DNA of 64,000 bases, taken from the NCBI RefSeq assembly GCF_009914755.1, contig NC_060930.1. One strand, 5' to 3'. Each line of letters opens with the position of its first letter. The first letter of the stretch is position 1. Below, one piece after another: positions 9,172-22,300 of this stretch. Position numbers and translations under genes: made by a program. The notes under the pieces were generated by a model that did no database searches, was not told the DNA's origin, and worked only from the letters and a program-made list of their open reading frames with translations. The DNA comes from the human T2T-CHM13v2.0 reference genome, Homo sapiens.

Positions 9172-12100
9172 GTGCATTCAATTCAAAGAGTGAAACCTCC
9201 CTTTTCACAGAGCAGTTTTGAAACACTGTTTTTGTAGGATTTCCAAGGGGATATTTATAGCGCATTGAGCCTACGGCGGAAAAAGAAACATCTTCCTATA
9301 AAAACTAGACAGAATACTTCTCAGAATCTGCTTTGCGATGTGTGCGTTCAACTCACAGAGTAAAACTTTTCTTTTGATAGAGCAGTTTTGAAACACTCTT
9401 TTTGTAGTATTTGCATGTGTATATTTAGAGCGCATTGAAGCCCACAGTAGAAAAGGAAATAACTTCACCTAAAACCTAGACAGAAGCAATCTCAGAAACT
9501 ACTTTGTGATGTGTACATTCAACTCACAGAGTGGAACTTTCCTCTTTATAGAGCAGTGTTGAAACACTCTTTTTGTAGAAACTGCAAGTGGATATTTGGA
9601 CCTCTTTGAGGCCTTCGTTGGAAACGGGATTTCTTCCTATAACCCTAGACAGAAGAATTTTCAGAAACCTCATTGTGATGTGTGCGTTCATCTCACAGAG
9701 TGGAGTCTTCCGTTTGATAGAGAAGTTTTGAAACCCTGTTCTTGTAGGATTTCCAAGTGGATATTTAGACCACTTTGAAGCCTATGATAGAAAAGGAAAC
9801 ATCTTCATGGAAAACATAGATAGAATCATTCTCAGAAACAACTTTGTGATGTGTGCGTTGAACTCACCGTCTTTAACCTTTCTTTTGGTAGAGAAGTTTT
9901 GAAACACTCTCTTTGTAAAGTCTACAAGTGGATATTTTGAGCCCTTGGAGGCATTCTTTGGAAAAGGGAATGTCTTCACATAAAAGGCAGACGGAAGTGT
10001 TCTCAGAAACTGCTTTGTGATGTCTGTGTTCAACTCACAGAGTTTAACATTTCCTTTGATAGAGCGGTTTAGTAACCCTCTCTTTGTAGAATTTGGAAGT
10101 GTATACTAAGAGCGCTTTGAGGCCTATGGTAGAAAAGGAAATATCTTTCAATAAAAGCTAGACAGAAGCAATCTCAGAAACTCCTTTGCGATGTCTGCAT
10201 TCAACTCACCGAGTGGAACATTCCTCTTGAGAGAGCAGTTTGGAAACACTCTTTCTGTAGAATCAGCTTGTTTGTATTTGGACCTCCTTGAGGCCTTCGT
10301 TGGAAACGGGTTTTCATCTTATAAACCCAGACAGAAGAATTCTCAGAGTCTTCTTTGTGATGTGTGCTTTCAACTCACCGAGATAAAGATTTCTCTTGAT
10401 AGAGCAATTTGGAAACACTCTTTTTGTAGAATTTGCAAGGGTACATTGAGAGCGCTTTCAGGCCTATGGTAGAAAAGGGAATATCTTTCCATAAAAGGTA
10501 GACAGAAGCAATCTCAGAAACTACTTTGTGATGTGTGCATTCAACTCACCGAGTGCAACGTTCCTCTTGACCGAGCAGTTTGGAAACATTGTTTCTGTAG
10601 AATCTGCAAGTGGATATTTGGACCTCTTTGAGGCCTTCGTTGGAAACGGGATTTCTTCCTATAAACCCAGACAGAAGAATTCTCAGAGACTTCTTTGTGA
10701 TGTGTGAATTCAACTCACAGTGTGGATCCTTCCTTTTGATAGAGCAGTTTTGAAACCCTGTTTTTGTAGTATTTCCAAGCGGATATTTGGAACGCCTTGA
10801 AGCGTATGGTAGAAAAGGAAATATCTTCCCATAAAACCTAGACAGAACCAATCTCAGAAACGACTTTGTGATGTCTGCATTCAAGTCACAGAGTTGAACA
10901 TTTCTCTTGATAGAGCAGTTTTGAAACCCTCTTTCTGAAGGATCTGCAAGTGGATATTTGGAACTCCTTTGGGTCTTCGTTGGAAACGGGATTTCTTCGT
11001 ATAAATCTAGACAGAAGAATTCTCAGAAACTTCCTTGTGATGTGTGCATTCAACTCAGCGAGTGGCACCTTCCTTTGGATACAGCAGTTTTGAAACACTG
11101 TTTTTGTAGTATTTCCAAGCGGATATTTAGAGCGCCTTGAAGCCTATGCTAGAAATGGAAATATCTCCCCATAAAACCAAGACGGAAGCAATCTCAGAAA
11201 CTAATGTGTGATGGCTGCATTCCACACACACGGTGGACCATTTCTCTTGATAGAGCTGTTTTGAAACACTCTTTCTGTAGAATCTGCAAGTGGATAATTG
11301 GACCTCCGAGAGGCCTTCGTTGGAAACGGGATTTCTTCATCTAAACCTACAGAGAAGTATTCTCAGTAACTTCTTCGGATGTGTGCATTCGACGCACAGA
11401 ATGGAACATTCCCTTTGATAGAGCAGTTTTGAGACACCGTTTTTGTAGAATTCCCAAGTGGATATTTAGAGCACTTTGAAGTCTCTGCTAGAAAAGGAAA
11501 CATCTTCATGTAAAAAGTAGATAGAATCGTTCTCAGAAAGTGCTTAGTGTCGTGTGCGTTCAACTCACAGAGTTTAACGTTTCTTTTGATAGAGCGTTTC
11601 TGAAACACCCTTCTTGTAGTAGCTGCAAGTGGATATTTGGACCTATTGGAGGCCTTCTTTGGAAATGGGATTTCTTCATGTAACTCTAGATTGAAGAATT
11701 CTCAGAAACTCCTTTGTGATGTGTGCATTCCATTCAAAGAGTGAAACCTCTCTTTTCACAGAGCAGTTTTGAAACACTGTTTTTGTAGGATTTCCAAGGG
11801 GATATTTATAGCGCATTGAGCCTACGGCGGAAAAAGAAACATCTTCCTATAAAAACTAGACAGAATACTTCTCAGAATCTGCTTTGCGATGTGTGCGTTC
11901 AACTCACAGAGTAAAACTTTTCTTTTGATAGAGCAGTTTTGAAACACTCTTTTTGTAGTATTTGCATGTGTATATTTAGAGCGCATTGAAGCCCACAGTA
12001 GAAAAGGAAATAACTTCACCTAAAACCTAGACACAAGCAATCTCAGAAACTACTTTGTGATGTGTACATTCAACTCACAGAGTGGAACTTTCCTCTTTAT

Positions 12101-15100
12101 AGAGCAGTGTTGAAACACTCTTTTTGTAGAAACTGCAAGTGGATATTTGGACCTCTTTGAGGCCTTCGTTGGAAACGGGATTTCTTCCTATAACCCTAGA
12201 CAGAAGAATTTTCAGAAACCTCATTGTGATGTGTGCGTTCATCTCACAGAGTGGAGTCTTCCGTTTGATAGAGAAGTTTTGAAACCCTGTTCTTGTAGGA
12301 TTTCCAAGTGGATATTTAGACCACTTTGAAGCCTATGATAGAAAAGGAAACATCTTCATGGAAAACATAGATAGAATCATCCTCAGAAACAACTTTGTGA
12401 TGTGTGCGTTGAACTCACCGTCTTTAACCTTTCTTTTGGTAGAGAAGTTTTGAAACACTCTCTTTGTAAAGTCTACAAGTGGATATTTTGAGCCCTTGGA
12501 GGCATTCTTTGGAAAAGGGAATGTCTTCACATAAAAGGCAGACGGAAGTGTTCTCAGAAACTGCTTTGTGATGTCTGTGTTCAACTCACAGAGTTTAACA
12601 TTTCCTTTGATAGAGCGGTTTAGTAACCCTCTCTTTGTAGAATTTGGAAGTGTATACTAAGAGCGCTTTGAGGCCTATGGTAGAAAAGGAAATATCTTTC
12701 CATAAAAGCTAGACAGAAGCAATCTCAGAAACTCCTTTGTGATGTCTGCATTCAACTCACCGAGTGGAACATTCCTCTTGAGAGAGCAGTTTGGAAACAC
12801 TCTTTCTGTAGAATCAGCTTGTTTGTATTTGGACCTCCTTGAGGCCTTCGTTGGAAACGGGTTTTCATCTTATAAACCCAGACAGAAGAATTCTCAGAGT
12901 CTTCTTTGTGATGTGTGCTTTCAACTCACCGAGATAAAGATTTCTCTTGATAGAGCAATTTGGAAACACTCTTTTTGTAGAATTTGCAAGGGTACATTGA
13001 GAGCGCTTTCAGGCCTATGGTAGAAAAGGGAATATCTTTCCATAAAAGGTAGACAGAAGCAATCTCAGAAACTACTTTGTGATGTGTGCATTCAACTCAC
13101 CGAGTGCAACGTTCCTCTTGACCGAGCAGTTTGGAAACATTGTTTCTGTAGAATCTGCAAGTGGATATTTGGACCTCTTTGAGGCCTTCGTTGGAAACGG
13201 GATTTCTTCCTATAAACCCAGACAGAAGAATTCTCAGAGACTTCTTTGTGATGTGTGAATTCAACTCACAGTGTGGATCCTTCCTTTTGATAGAGCAGTT
13301 TTGAAACCCTGTTTTTGTAGTATTTCCAAGCGGATATTCGGAACGCCTTGAAGCGTATGGTAGAAAAGGAAATATCTTCCCATAAAACCTAGACAGAACC
13401 AATCTCAGAAACGACTTTGTGATGTCTGCATTCAAGTCACAGAGTTGAACATTTCTCTTGATAGAGCAGTTTTGAAACCCTCTTTCTGAAGGATCTGCAA
13501 GTGGATATTTGGAACTCCTTTGGGTCTTCGTTGGAAACGGGATTTCTTCGTATAAATCTAGACAGAAGAATTCTCAGAAACTTCCTTGTGATGTGTGCAT
13601 TCAACTCAGCGAGTGGCACCTTCCTTTGGATACAGCAGTTTTGAAACACTGTTTTTGTAGTATTTCCAAGCGGATATTTAGAGCGCCTTGAAGCCTATGC
13701 TAGAAATGGAAATATCTCCCCATAAAACCAAGACGGAAGCAATCTCAGAAACTAATGTGTGATGGCTGCATTCCACACACACGGTGGACCATTTCTCTTG
13801 ATAGAGCAGTTTTGAAACACTCTTTCTGTAGAATCTGCAAGTGGATAATTGGACCTCCTAGAGGCCTTCGTTGGAAACGGGATTTCTTCATCTAAACCTA
13901 CAGAGAAGTATTCTCAGTAACTTCTTCGGATGTGTGCATTCGACGCACAGAATGGAACATTCCCTTTGATAGAGCAGTTTTGAGACACCGTTTTTGTAGA
14001 ATTCCCAAGTGGATATTTAGAGCACTTTGAAGTCTCTGCTAGAAAAGGAAACATCTTCATGTAAAAAGTAGATAGAATCGTTCTCAGAAAGTGCTTAGTG
14101 TCGTGTGCGTTCAACTCACAGAGTTTAACGTTTCTTTTGATAGAGCGTTTCTGAAACACCCTTCTTGTAGTAGCTGCAAGTGGATATTTGGACCTATTGG
14201 AGGCCTTCTTTGGAAATGGGATTTCTTCATGTAACTCTAGATTGAAGAGTTCTCAGAAACTCCTTTGTGATGTGTGCATTCAATTCAAAGAGTGAAACCT
14301 CCCTTTTCACAGAGCAGTTTTGAAACACTGTTTTTGTAGGATTTCCAAGGGGATATTTATAGCGCATTGAGCCTACGGCGGAAAAAGAAACATCTTCCTA
14401 TAAAAACTAGACAGAATACTTCTCAGAATCTGCTTTGCGATGTGTGCGTTCAACTCACAGAGTAAAACTTTTCTTTTGATAGAGCAGTTTTGAAACACTC
14501 TTTTTGTAGTATTTGCATGTGTATATTTAGAGCGCATTGAAGCCCACAGTAGAAAAGGAAATAACTTCACCTAAAACCTAGACAGAAGCAATCTCAGAAA
14601 CTACTTTGTGATGTGTACATTCAACTCACAGAGTGGAACTTTCCTCTTTATAGAGCAGTGTTGAAACACTCTTTTTGTAGAAACTGCAAGTGGATATTTG
14701 GACCTCTTTGAGGCCTTCGTTGGAAACGGGATTTCTTCCTATAACCCTAGACAGAAGAATTTTCAGAAACCTCATTGTGATGTGTGCGTTCATCTCACAG
14801 AGTGGAGTCTTCCGTTTGATAGAGAAGTTTTGAAACCCTGTTCTTGTAGGATTTCCAAGTGGATATTTAGACCACTTTGAAGCCTATGATAGAAAAGGAA
14901 ACATCTTCATGGAAAACATAGATAGAATCATTCTCAGAAACAACTTTGTGATGTGTGCGTTGAACTCACCGTCTTTAACCTTTCTTTTGGTAGAGAAGTT
15001 TTGAAACACTCTCTTTGTAAAGTCTACAAGTGGATATTTTGAGCCCTTGGAGGCATTCTTTGGAAAAGGGAATGTCTTCACATAAAAGGCAGACGGAAGT

Positions 15101-18100
15101 GTTCTCAGAAACTGCTTTGTGATGTCTGTGTTCAACTCACAGAGTTTAACATTTCCTTTGATAGAGCGGTTTAGTAACCCTCTCTTTGTAGAATTTGGAA
15201 GTGTATACTAAGAGCGCTTTGAGGCCTATGGTAGAAAAGGAAATATCTTTCCATAAAAGCTAGACAGAAGCAATCTCAGAAACTCCTTTGCGATGTCTGC
15301 ATTCAACTCACCGAGTGGAACATTCCTCTTGAGAGAGCAGTTTGGAAACACTCTTTCTGTAGAATCAGCTTGTTTGTATTTGGACCTCCTTGAGGCCTTC
15401 GTTGGAAACGGGTTTTCATCTTATAAACCCAGACAGAAGAATTCTCAGAGTCTTCTTTGTGATGTGTGCTTTCAACTCACCGAGATAAAGATTTCTCTTG
15501 ATAGAGCAATTTGGAAACACTCTTTTTGTAGAATTTGCAAGGGTACATTGAGAGCGCTTTCAGGCCTATGGTAGAAAAGGGAATATCTTTCCATAAAAGG
15601 TAGACAGAAGCAATCTCAGAAACTACTTTGTGATGTGTGCATTCAACTCACCGAGTGCAACGTTCCTCTTGACCGAGCAGTTTGGAAACATTGTTTCTGT
15701 AGAATCTGCAAGTGGATATTTGGACCTCTTTGAGGCCTTCGTTGGAAACGGGATTTCTTCCTATAAACCCAGACAGAAGAATTCTCAGAGACTTCTTTGT
15801 GATGTGTGAATTCAACTCACAGTGTGGATCCTTCCTTTTGATAGAGCAGTTTTGAAACCCTGTTTTTGTAGTATTTCCAAGCGGATATTTGGAACGCCTT
15901 GAAGCGTATGGTAGAAAAGGAAATATCTTCCCATAAAACCTAGACAGAACCAATCTCAGAAACGACTTTGTGATGTCTGCATTCAAGTCACAGAGTTGAA
16001 CATTTCTCTTGATAGAGCAGTTTTGAAACCCTCTTTCTGAAGGATCTGCAAGTGGATATTTGGAACTCCTTTGGGTCTTCGTTGGAAACGGGATTTCTTC
16101 GTATAAATCTAGACAGAAGAATTCTCAGAAACTTCCTTGTGATGTGTGCATTCAACTCAGCGAGTGGCACCTTCCTTTGGATACAGCAGTTTTGAAACAC
16201 TGTTTTTGTAGTATTTCCAAGCGGATATTTAGAGCGCCTTGAAGCCTATGCTAGAAATGGAAATATCTCCCCATAAAACCAAGACGGAAGCAATCTCAGA
16301 AACTAATGTGTGATGGCTGCATTCCACACACACGGTGGACCATTTCTCTTGATAGAGCTGTTTTGAAACACTCTTTCTGTAGAATCTGCAAGTGGATAAT
16401 TGGACCTCCGAGAGGCCTTCGTTGGAAACGGGATTTCTTCATCTAAACCTACAGAGAAGTATTCTCAGTAACTTCTTCGGATGTGTGCATTCGACGCACA
16501 GAATGGAACATTCCCTTTGATAGAGCAGTTTTGAGACACCGTTTTTGTAGAATTCCCAAGTGGATATTTAGAGCACTTTGAAGTCTCTGCTAGAAAAGGA
16601 AACATCTTCATGTAAAAAGTAGATAGAATCGTTCTCAGAAAGTGCTTAGTGTCGTGTGCGTTCAACTCACAGAGTTTAACGTTTCTTTTGATAGAGCGTT
16701 TCTGAAACACCCTTCTTGTAGTAGCTGCAAGTGGATATTTGGACCTATTGGAGGCCTTCTTTGGAAATGGGATTTCTTCATGTAACTCTAGATTGAAGAA
16801 TTCTCAGAAACTCCTTTGTGATGTGTGCATTCCATTCAAAGAGTGAAACCTCTCTTTTCACAGAGCAGTTTTGAAACACTGTTTTTGTAGGATTTCCAAG
16901 GGGATATTTATAGCGCATTGAGCCTACGGCGGAAAAAGAAACATCTTCCTATAAAAACTAGACAGAATACTTCTCAGAATCTGCTTTGCGATGTGTGCGT
17001 TCAACTCACAGAGTAAAACTTTTCTTTTGATAGAGCAGTTTTGAAACACTCTTTTTGTAGTATTTGCATGTGTATATTTAGAGCGCATTGAAGCCCACAG
17101 TAGAAAAGGAAATAACTTCACCTAAAACCTAGACAGAAGCAATCTCAGAAACTACTTTGTGATGTGTACATTCAACTCACAGAGTGGAACTTTCCTCTTT
17201 ATAGAGCAGTGTTGAAACACTCTTTTTGTAGAAACTGCAAGTGGATATTTGGACCTCTTTGAGGCCTTCGTTGGAAACGGGATTTCTTCCTATAACCCTA
17301 GACAGAAGAATTTTCAGAAACCTCATTGTGATGTGTGCGTTCATCTCACAGAGTGGAGTCTTCCGTTTGATAGAGAAGTTTTGAAACCCTGTTCTTGTAG
17401 GATTTCCAAGTGGATATTTAGACCACTTTGAAGCCTATGATAGAAAAGGAAACATCTTCATGGAAAACATAGATAGAATCATCCTCAGAAACAACTTTGT
17501 GATGTGTGCGTTGAACTCACCGTCTTTAACCTTTCTTTTGGTAGAGAAGTTTTGAAACACTCTCTTTGTAAAGTCTACAAGTGGATATTTTGAGCCCTTG
17601 GAGGCATTCTTTGGAAAAGGGAATGTCTTCACATAAAAGGCAGACGGAAGTGTTCTCAGAAACTGCTTTGTGATGTCTGTGTTCAACTCACAGAGTTTAA
17701 CATTTCCTTTGATAGAGCGGTTTAGTAACCCTCTCTTTGTAGAATTTGGAAGTGTATACTAAGAGCGCTTTGAGGCCTATGGTAGAAAAGGAAATATCTT
17801 TCCATAAAAGCTAGACAGAAGCAATCTCAGAAACTCCTTTGTGATGTCTGCATTCAACTCACCGAGTGGAACATTCCTCTTGAGAGAGCAGTTTGGAAAC
17901 ACTCTTTCTGTAGAATCAGCTTGTTTGTATTTGGACCTCCTTGAGGCCTTCGTTGGAAACGGGTTTTCATCTTATAAACCCAGACAGAAGAATTCTCAGA
18001 GTCTTCTTTGTGATGTGTGCTTTCAACTCACCGAGATAAAGATTTCTCTTGATAGAGCAATTTGGAAACACTCTTTTTGTAGAATTTGCAAGGGTACATT

Positions 18101-19375
18101 GAGAGCGCTTTCAGGCCTATGGTAGAAAAGGGAATATCTTTCCATAAAAGGTAGACAGAAGCAATCTCAGAAACTACTTTGTGATGTGTGCATTCAACTC
18201 ACCGAGTGCAACGTTCCTCTTGACCGAGCAGTTTGGAAACATTGTTTCTGTAGAATCTGCAAGTGGATATTTGGACCTCTTTGAGGCCTTCGTTGGAAAC
18301 GGGATTTCTTCCTATAAACCCAGACAGAAGAATTCTCAGAGACTTCTTTGTGATGTGTGAATTCAACTCACAGTGTGGATCCTTCCTTTTGATAGAGCAG
18401 TTTTGAAACCCTGTTTTTGTAGTATTTCCAAGCGGATATTTGGAACGCCTTGAAGCGTATGGTAGAAAAGGAAATATCTTCCCATAAAACCTAGACAGAA
18501 CCAATCTCAGAAACGACTTTGTGATGTCTGCATTCAAGTCACAGAGTTGAACATTTCTCTTGATAGAGCAGTTTTGAAACCCTCTTTCTGAAGGATCTGC
18601 AAGTGGATATTTGGAACTCCTTTGGGTCTTCGTTGGAAACGGGATTTCTTCGTATAAATCTAGACAGAAGAATTCTCAGAAACTTCCTTGTGATGTGTGC
18701 ATTCAACTCAGCGAGTGGCACCTTCCTTTGGATACAGCAGTTTTGAAACACTGTTTTTGTAGTATTTCCAAGCGGATATTTAGAGCGCCTTGAAGCCTAT
18801 GCTAGAAATGGAAATATCTCCCCATAAAACCAAGACGGAAGCAATCTCAGAAACTAATGTGTGATGGCTGCATTCCACACACACGGTGGACCATTTCTCT
18901 TGATAGAGCAGTTTTGAAACACTCTTTCTGTAGAATCTGCAAGTGGATAATTGGACCTCCTAGAGGCCTTCGTTGGAAACGGGATTTCTTCATCTAAACC
19001 TACAGAGAAGTATTCTCAGTAACTTCTTCGGATGTGTGCATTCGACGCACAGAATGGAACATTCCCTTTGATAGAGCAGTTTTGAGACACCGTTTTTGTA
19101 GAATTCCCAAGTGGATATTTAGAGCACTTTGAAGTCTCTGCTAGAAAAGGAAACATCTTCATGTAAAAAGTAGATAGAATCGTTCTCAGAAAGTGCTTAG
19201 TGTCGTGTGCGTTCAACTCACAGAGTTTAACGTTTCTTTTGATAGAGCGTTTCTGAAACACCCTTCTTGTAGTAGCTGCAAGTGGATATTTGGACCTATT
19301 GGAGGCCTTCTTTGGAAATGGGATTTCTTCATGTAACTCTAGATTGAAGAATTCTCAGAAACTCCTTTGTGATGT
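9172..19375 (+). repeat. Four 15-mer variant HOR copies (2551 bp each; units 4-7)
   Basis: Marker ORF at 9271, 11822, 14373, 16924, 19475 (spacing 2551); 506 bp (3 monomers) missing relative to the 18-mer. Confidence 0.97.
11004..11024 (+). other. Deletion junction of the 15-mer HOR (506 bp removed)
   Basis: aatctagacagaagaattctc is shared by 18-mer offsets 1833-1853 and 2339-2359. The left flank matches the first copy (tatAaatc) and the right flank matches the second (ctcAgaaacttcc). The same junction starts at 13555, 16106, 18657, 33436, 35987, 53823, 56374, 58925 and 61476. Confidence 0.9.
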
Positions 19376-22300
19376 GTGCATTCAATTCAAAGAGTGAAAC
19401 CTCCCTTTTCACAGAGCAGTTTTGAAACACTGTTTTTGTAGGATTTCCAAGGGGATATTTATAGCGCATTGAGCCTACGGCGGAAAAAGAAACATCTTCC
19501 TATAAAAACTAGACAGAATACTTCTCAGAATCTGCTTTGCGATGTGTGCGTTCAACTCACAGAGTAAAACTTTTCTTTTGATAGAGCAGTTTTGAAACAC
19601 TCTTTTTGTAGTATTTGCATGTGTATATTTAGAGCGCATTGAAGCCCACAGTAGAAAAGGAAATAACTTCACCTAAAACCTAGACAGAAGGAATCACAGA
19701 AACTACTTTGTGATGTGTACATTCAACTCACAGAGTGGAACTTTCCTCTTTATAGAGCAGTGTTGAAACACTCTTTTTGTAGAAACTGCAAGTGGATATT
19801 TGGACCTCTTTGAGGCCTTCGTTGGAAACGGGATTTCTTCCTATAACCCTAGACAGAAGAATTTTCAGAAACCTCATTGTGATGTGTGCGTTCATCTCAC
19901 AGAGTGGAGTCTTCCGTTTGATAGAGAAGTTTTGAAACCCTGTTCTTGTAGGATTTCCAAGTGGATATTTAGACCACTTTGAAGCCTATGATAGAAAAGG
20001 AAACATCTTCATGGAAAACATAGATAGAATCATCCTCAGAAACAACTTTGTGATGTGTGCGTTGAACTCACCGTCTTTAACCTTTCTTTTGGTAGAGAAG
20101 TTTTGAAACACTCTCTTTGTAAAGTCTACAAGTGGATATTTTGAGCCCTTGGAGGCATTCTTTGGAAAAGGGAATGTCTTCACATAAAAGGCAGACGGAA
20201 GTGTTCTCAGAAACTGCTTTGTGATGTCTGTGTTCAACTCACAGAGTTTAACATTTCCTTTGATAGAGCGGTTTAGTAACCCTCTCTTTGTAGAATTTGG
20301 AAGTGTATACTAAGAGCGCTTTGAGGCCTATGGTAGAAAAGGAAATATCTTTCCATAAAAGCTAGACAGAAGCAATCTCAGAAACTCCTCTGTGATGTCT
20401 GCATTCAACTCACCGAGTGGAACATTCCTCTTGAGAGAGCAGTTTGGAAACACTCTTTCTGTAGAATCAGCTTGTTTGTATTTGGACCTCCTTGAGGCCT
20501 TCGTTGGAAACGGGTTTTCATCTTATAAACCCAGACAGAAGAATTCTCAGAGTCTTCTTTGTGATGTGTGCTTTCAACTCACCGAGATAAAGATTTCTCT
20601 TGATAGAGCAATTTGGAAACACTCTTTTTGTAGAATTTGCAAGGGTACATTGAGAGCGCTTTCAGGCCTATGGTAGAAAAGGGAATATCTTTCCATAAAA
20701 GGTAGACAGAAGCAATCTCAGAAACTACTTTGTGATGTGTGCATTCAACTCACCGAGTGCAACGTTCCTCTTGACCGAGCAGTTTGGAAACATTGTTTCT
20801 GTAGAATCTGCAAGTGGATATTTGGACCTCTTTGAGGCCTTCGTTGGAAACGGGATTTCTTCCTATAAACCCAGACAGAAGAATTCTCAGAGACTTCTTT
20901 GTGATGTGTGAATTCAACTCACAGTGTGGATCCTTCCTTTTGATAGAGCAGTTTTGAAACCCTGTTTTTGTAGTATTTCCAAGCGGATATTTGGAACGCC
21001 TTGAAGCGTATGGTAGAAAAGGAAATATCTTCCCATAAAACCTAGACAGAACCAATCTCAGAAACGACTTTGTGATGTCTGCATTCAACTCACAGAGTTG
21101 AACATTTCTCTTGATAGAGCGGTTTTGAAACCCTCTTTCTGAAGGATCTGCAAGTGGATATTTGGAACTCCTTTGGGTCTTCGTTGGAAACGGGATTTCT
21201 TCGTATAAATCTAGACAGAAGAATTCTCCGAAACTTCTTTGGTTGTGTGCATTCAAGTCACAGAGTGGAACCTTCCTTTGGATAGAGCAGTTTGAAACGC
21301 CGTGGTTGTAGTATTTCCAAGCGGATATTAGAGCGCCTTGAGGCCTATGGTAGAAAAGGAAATATCTTCCCATAAAACCTAGACGGAAGCAATCTCAGAA
21401 ACTACTGTGTGATGGCTGCATTCCACACACACGGTGGAACATTTCTCTTGATAGAGCAGTTTTGAAACACTCTTTCTGTAGAATCTGCAAGTGGATAATT
21501 GGACCGCCTTGAGGCCTTCGTTGGAAACGGGATTTCTTCATGTTACTCTAGATAGAAGAATTCTCAAACACTGCTATGTGATGTTTGCATTCAAGTCACA
21601 GAGTGCAACATTCCTCTTGGTAGAGCAGTTGGGAAACACTCCTTTTGTAGAATCTGCAATGGGATATTTGGACTTCTTTGAGGCCTTCGTTGGAAACGGG
21701 ATTTCTTCGTATGAATCTAGACAGAAGAATTCTCAGAAACTTCCTTGTGATGTGTGCATTCAACTCAGCGAGTGGCACCTTCCTTTGGATACAGCAGTTT
21801 TGAAACACTGTTTTTGTAGTATTTCCAAGCGGATATTTAGAGCGCCTTGAAGCCTATGCTAGAAATGGAAATATCTCCCCATAAAACCAAGACGGAAGCA
21901 ATCTCAGAAACTAATGTGTGATGGCTGCATTCCACACACACGGTGGACCATTTCTCTTGATAGAGCAGTTTTGAAACACTCTTTCTGTAGAATCTGCAAG
22001 TGGATAATTGGACCTCCTAGAGGCCTTCGTTGGAAACGGGATTTCTTCATCTAAACCTACAGAGAAGAATTCTCAGTAACTTCTTCGGATGTGTGCATTC
22101 GACGCACAGAATGGAACATTCCCTTTGATAGAGCAGTTTTGAGACACCGTTTTTGTAGAATTCCCAAGTGGATATTTAGAGCACTTTGAAGTCTCTGCTA
22201 GAAAAGGAAACATCTTCATGTAAAAAGTAGATAGAATCGTTCTCAGAAAGTGCTTAGTGTCGTGTGCGTTCAACTCACAGAGTTTAACGTTTCTTTTGAT

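Noticed and set aside
10886-11140. Novel-looking fusion ORFs specific to the short units (MELLWVFVG..., ...NEDPKEFQ...)
   Set aside because: They are by-products of the 506-bp deletion junction, with no evidence of coding function.
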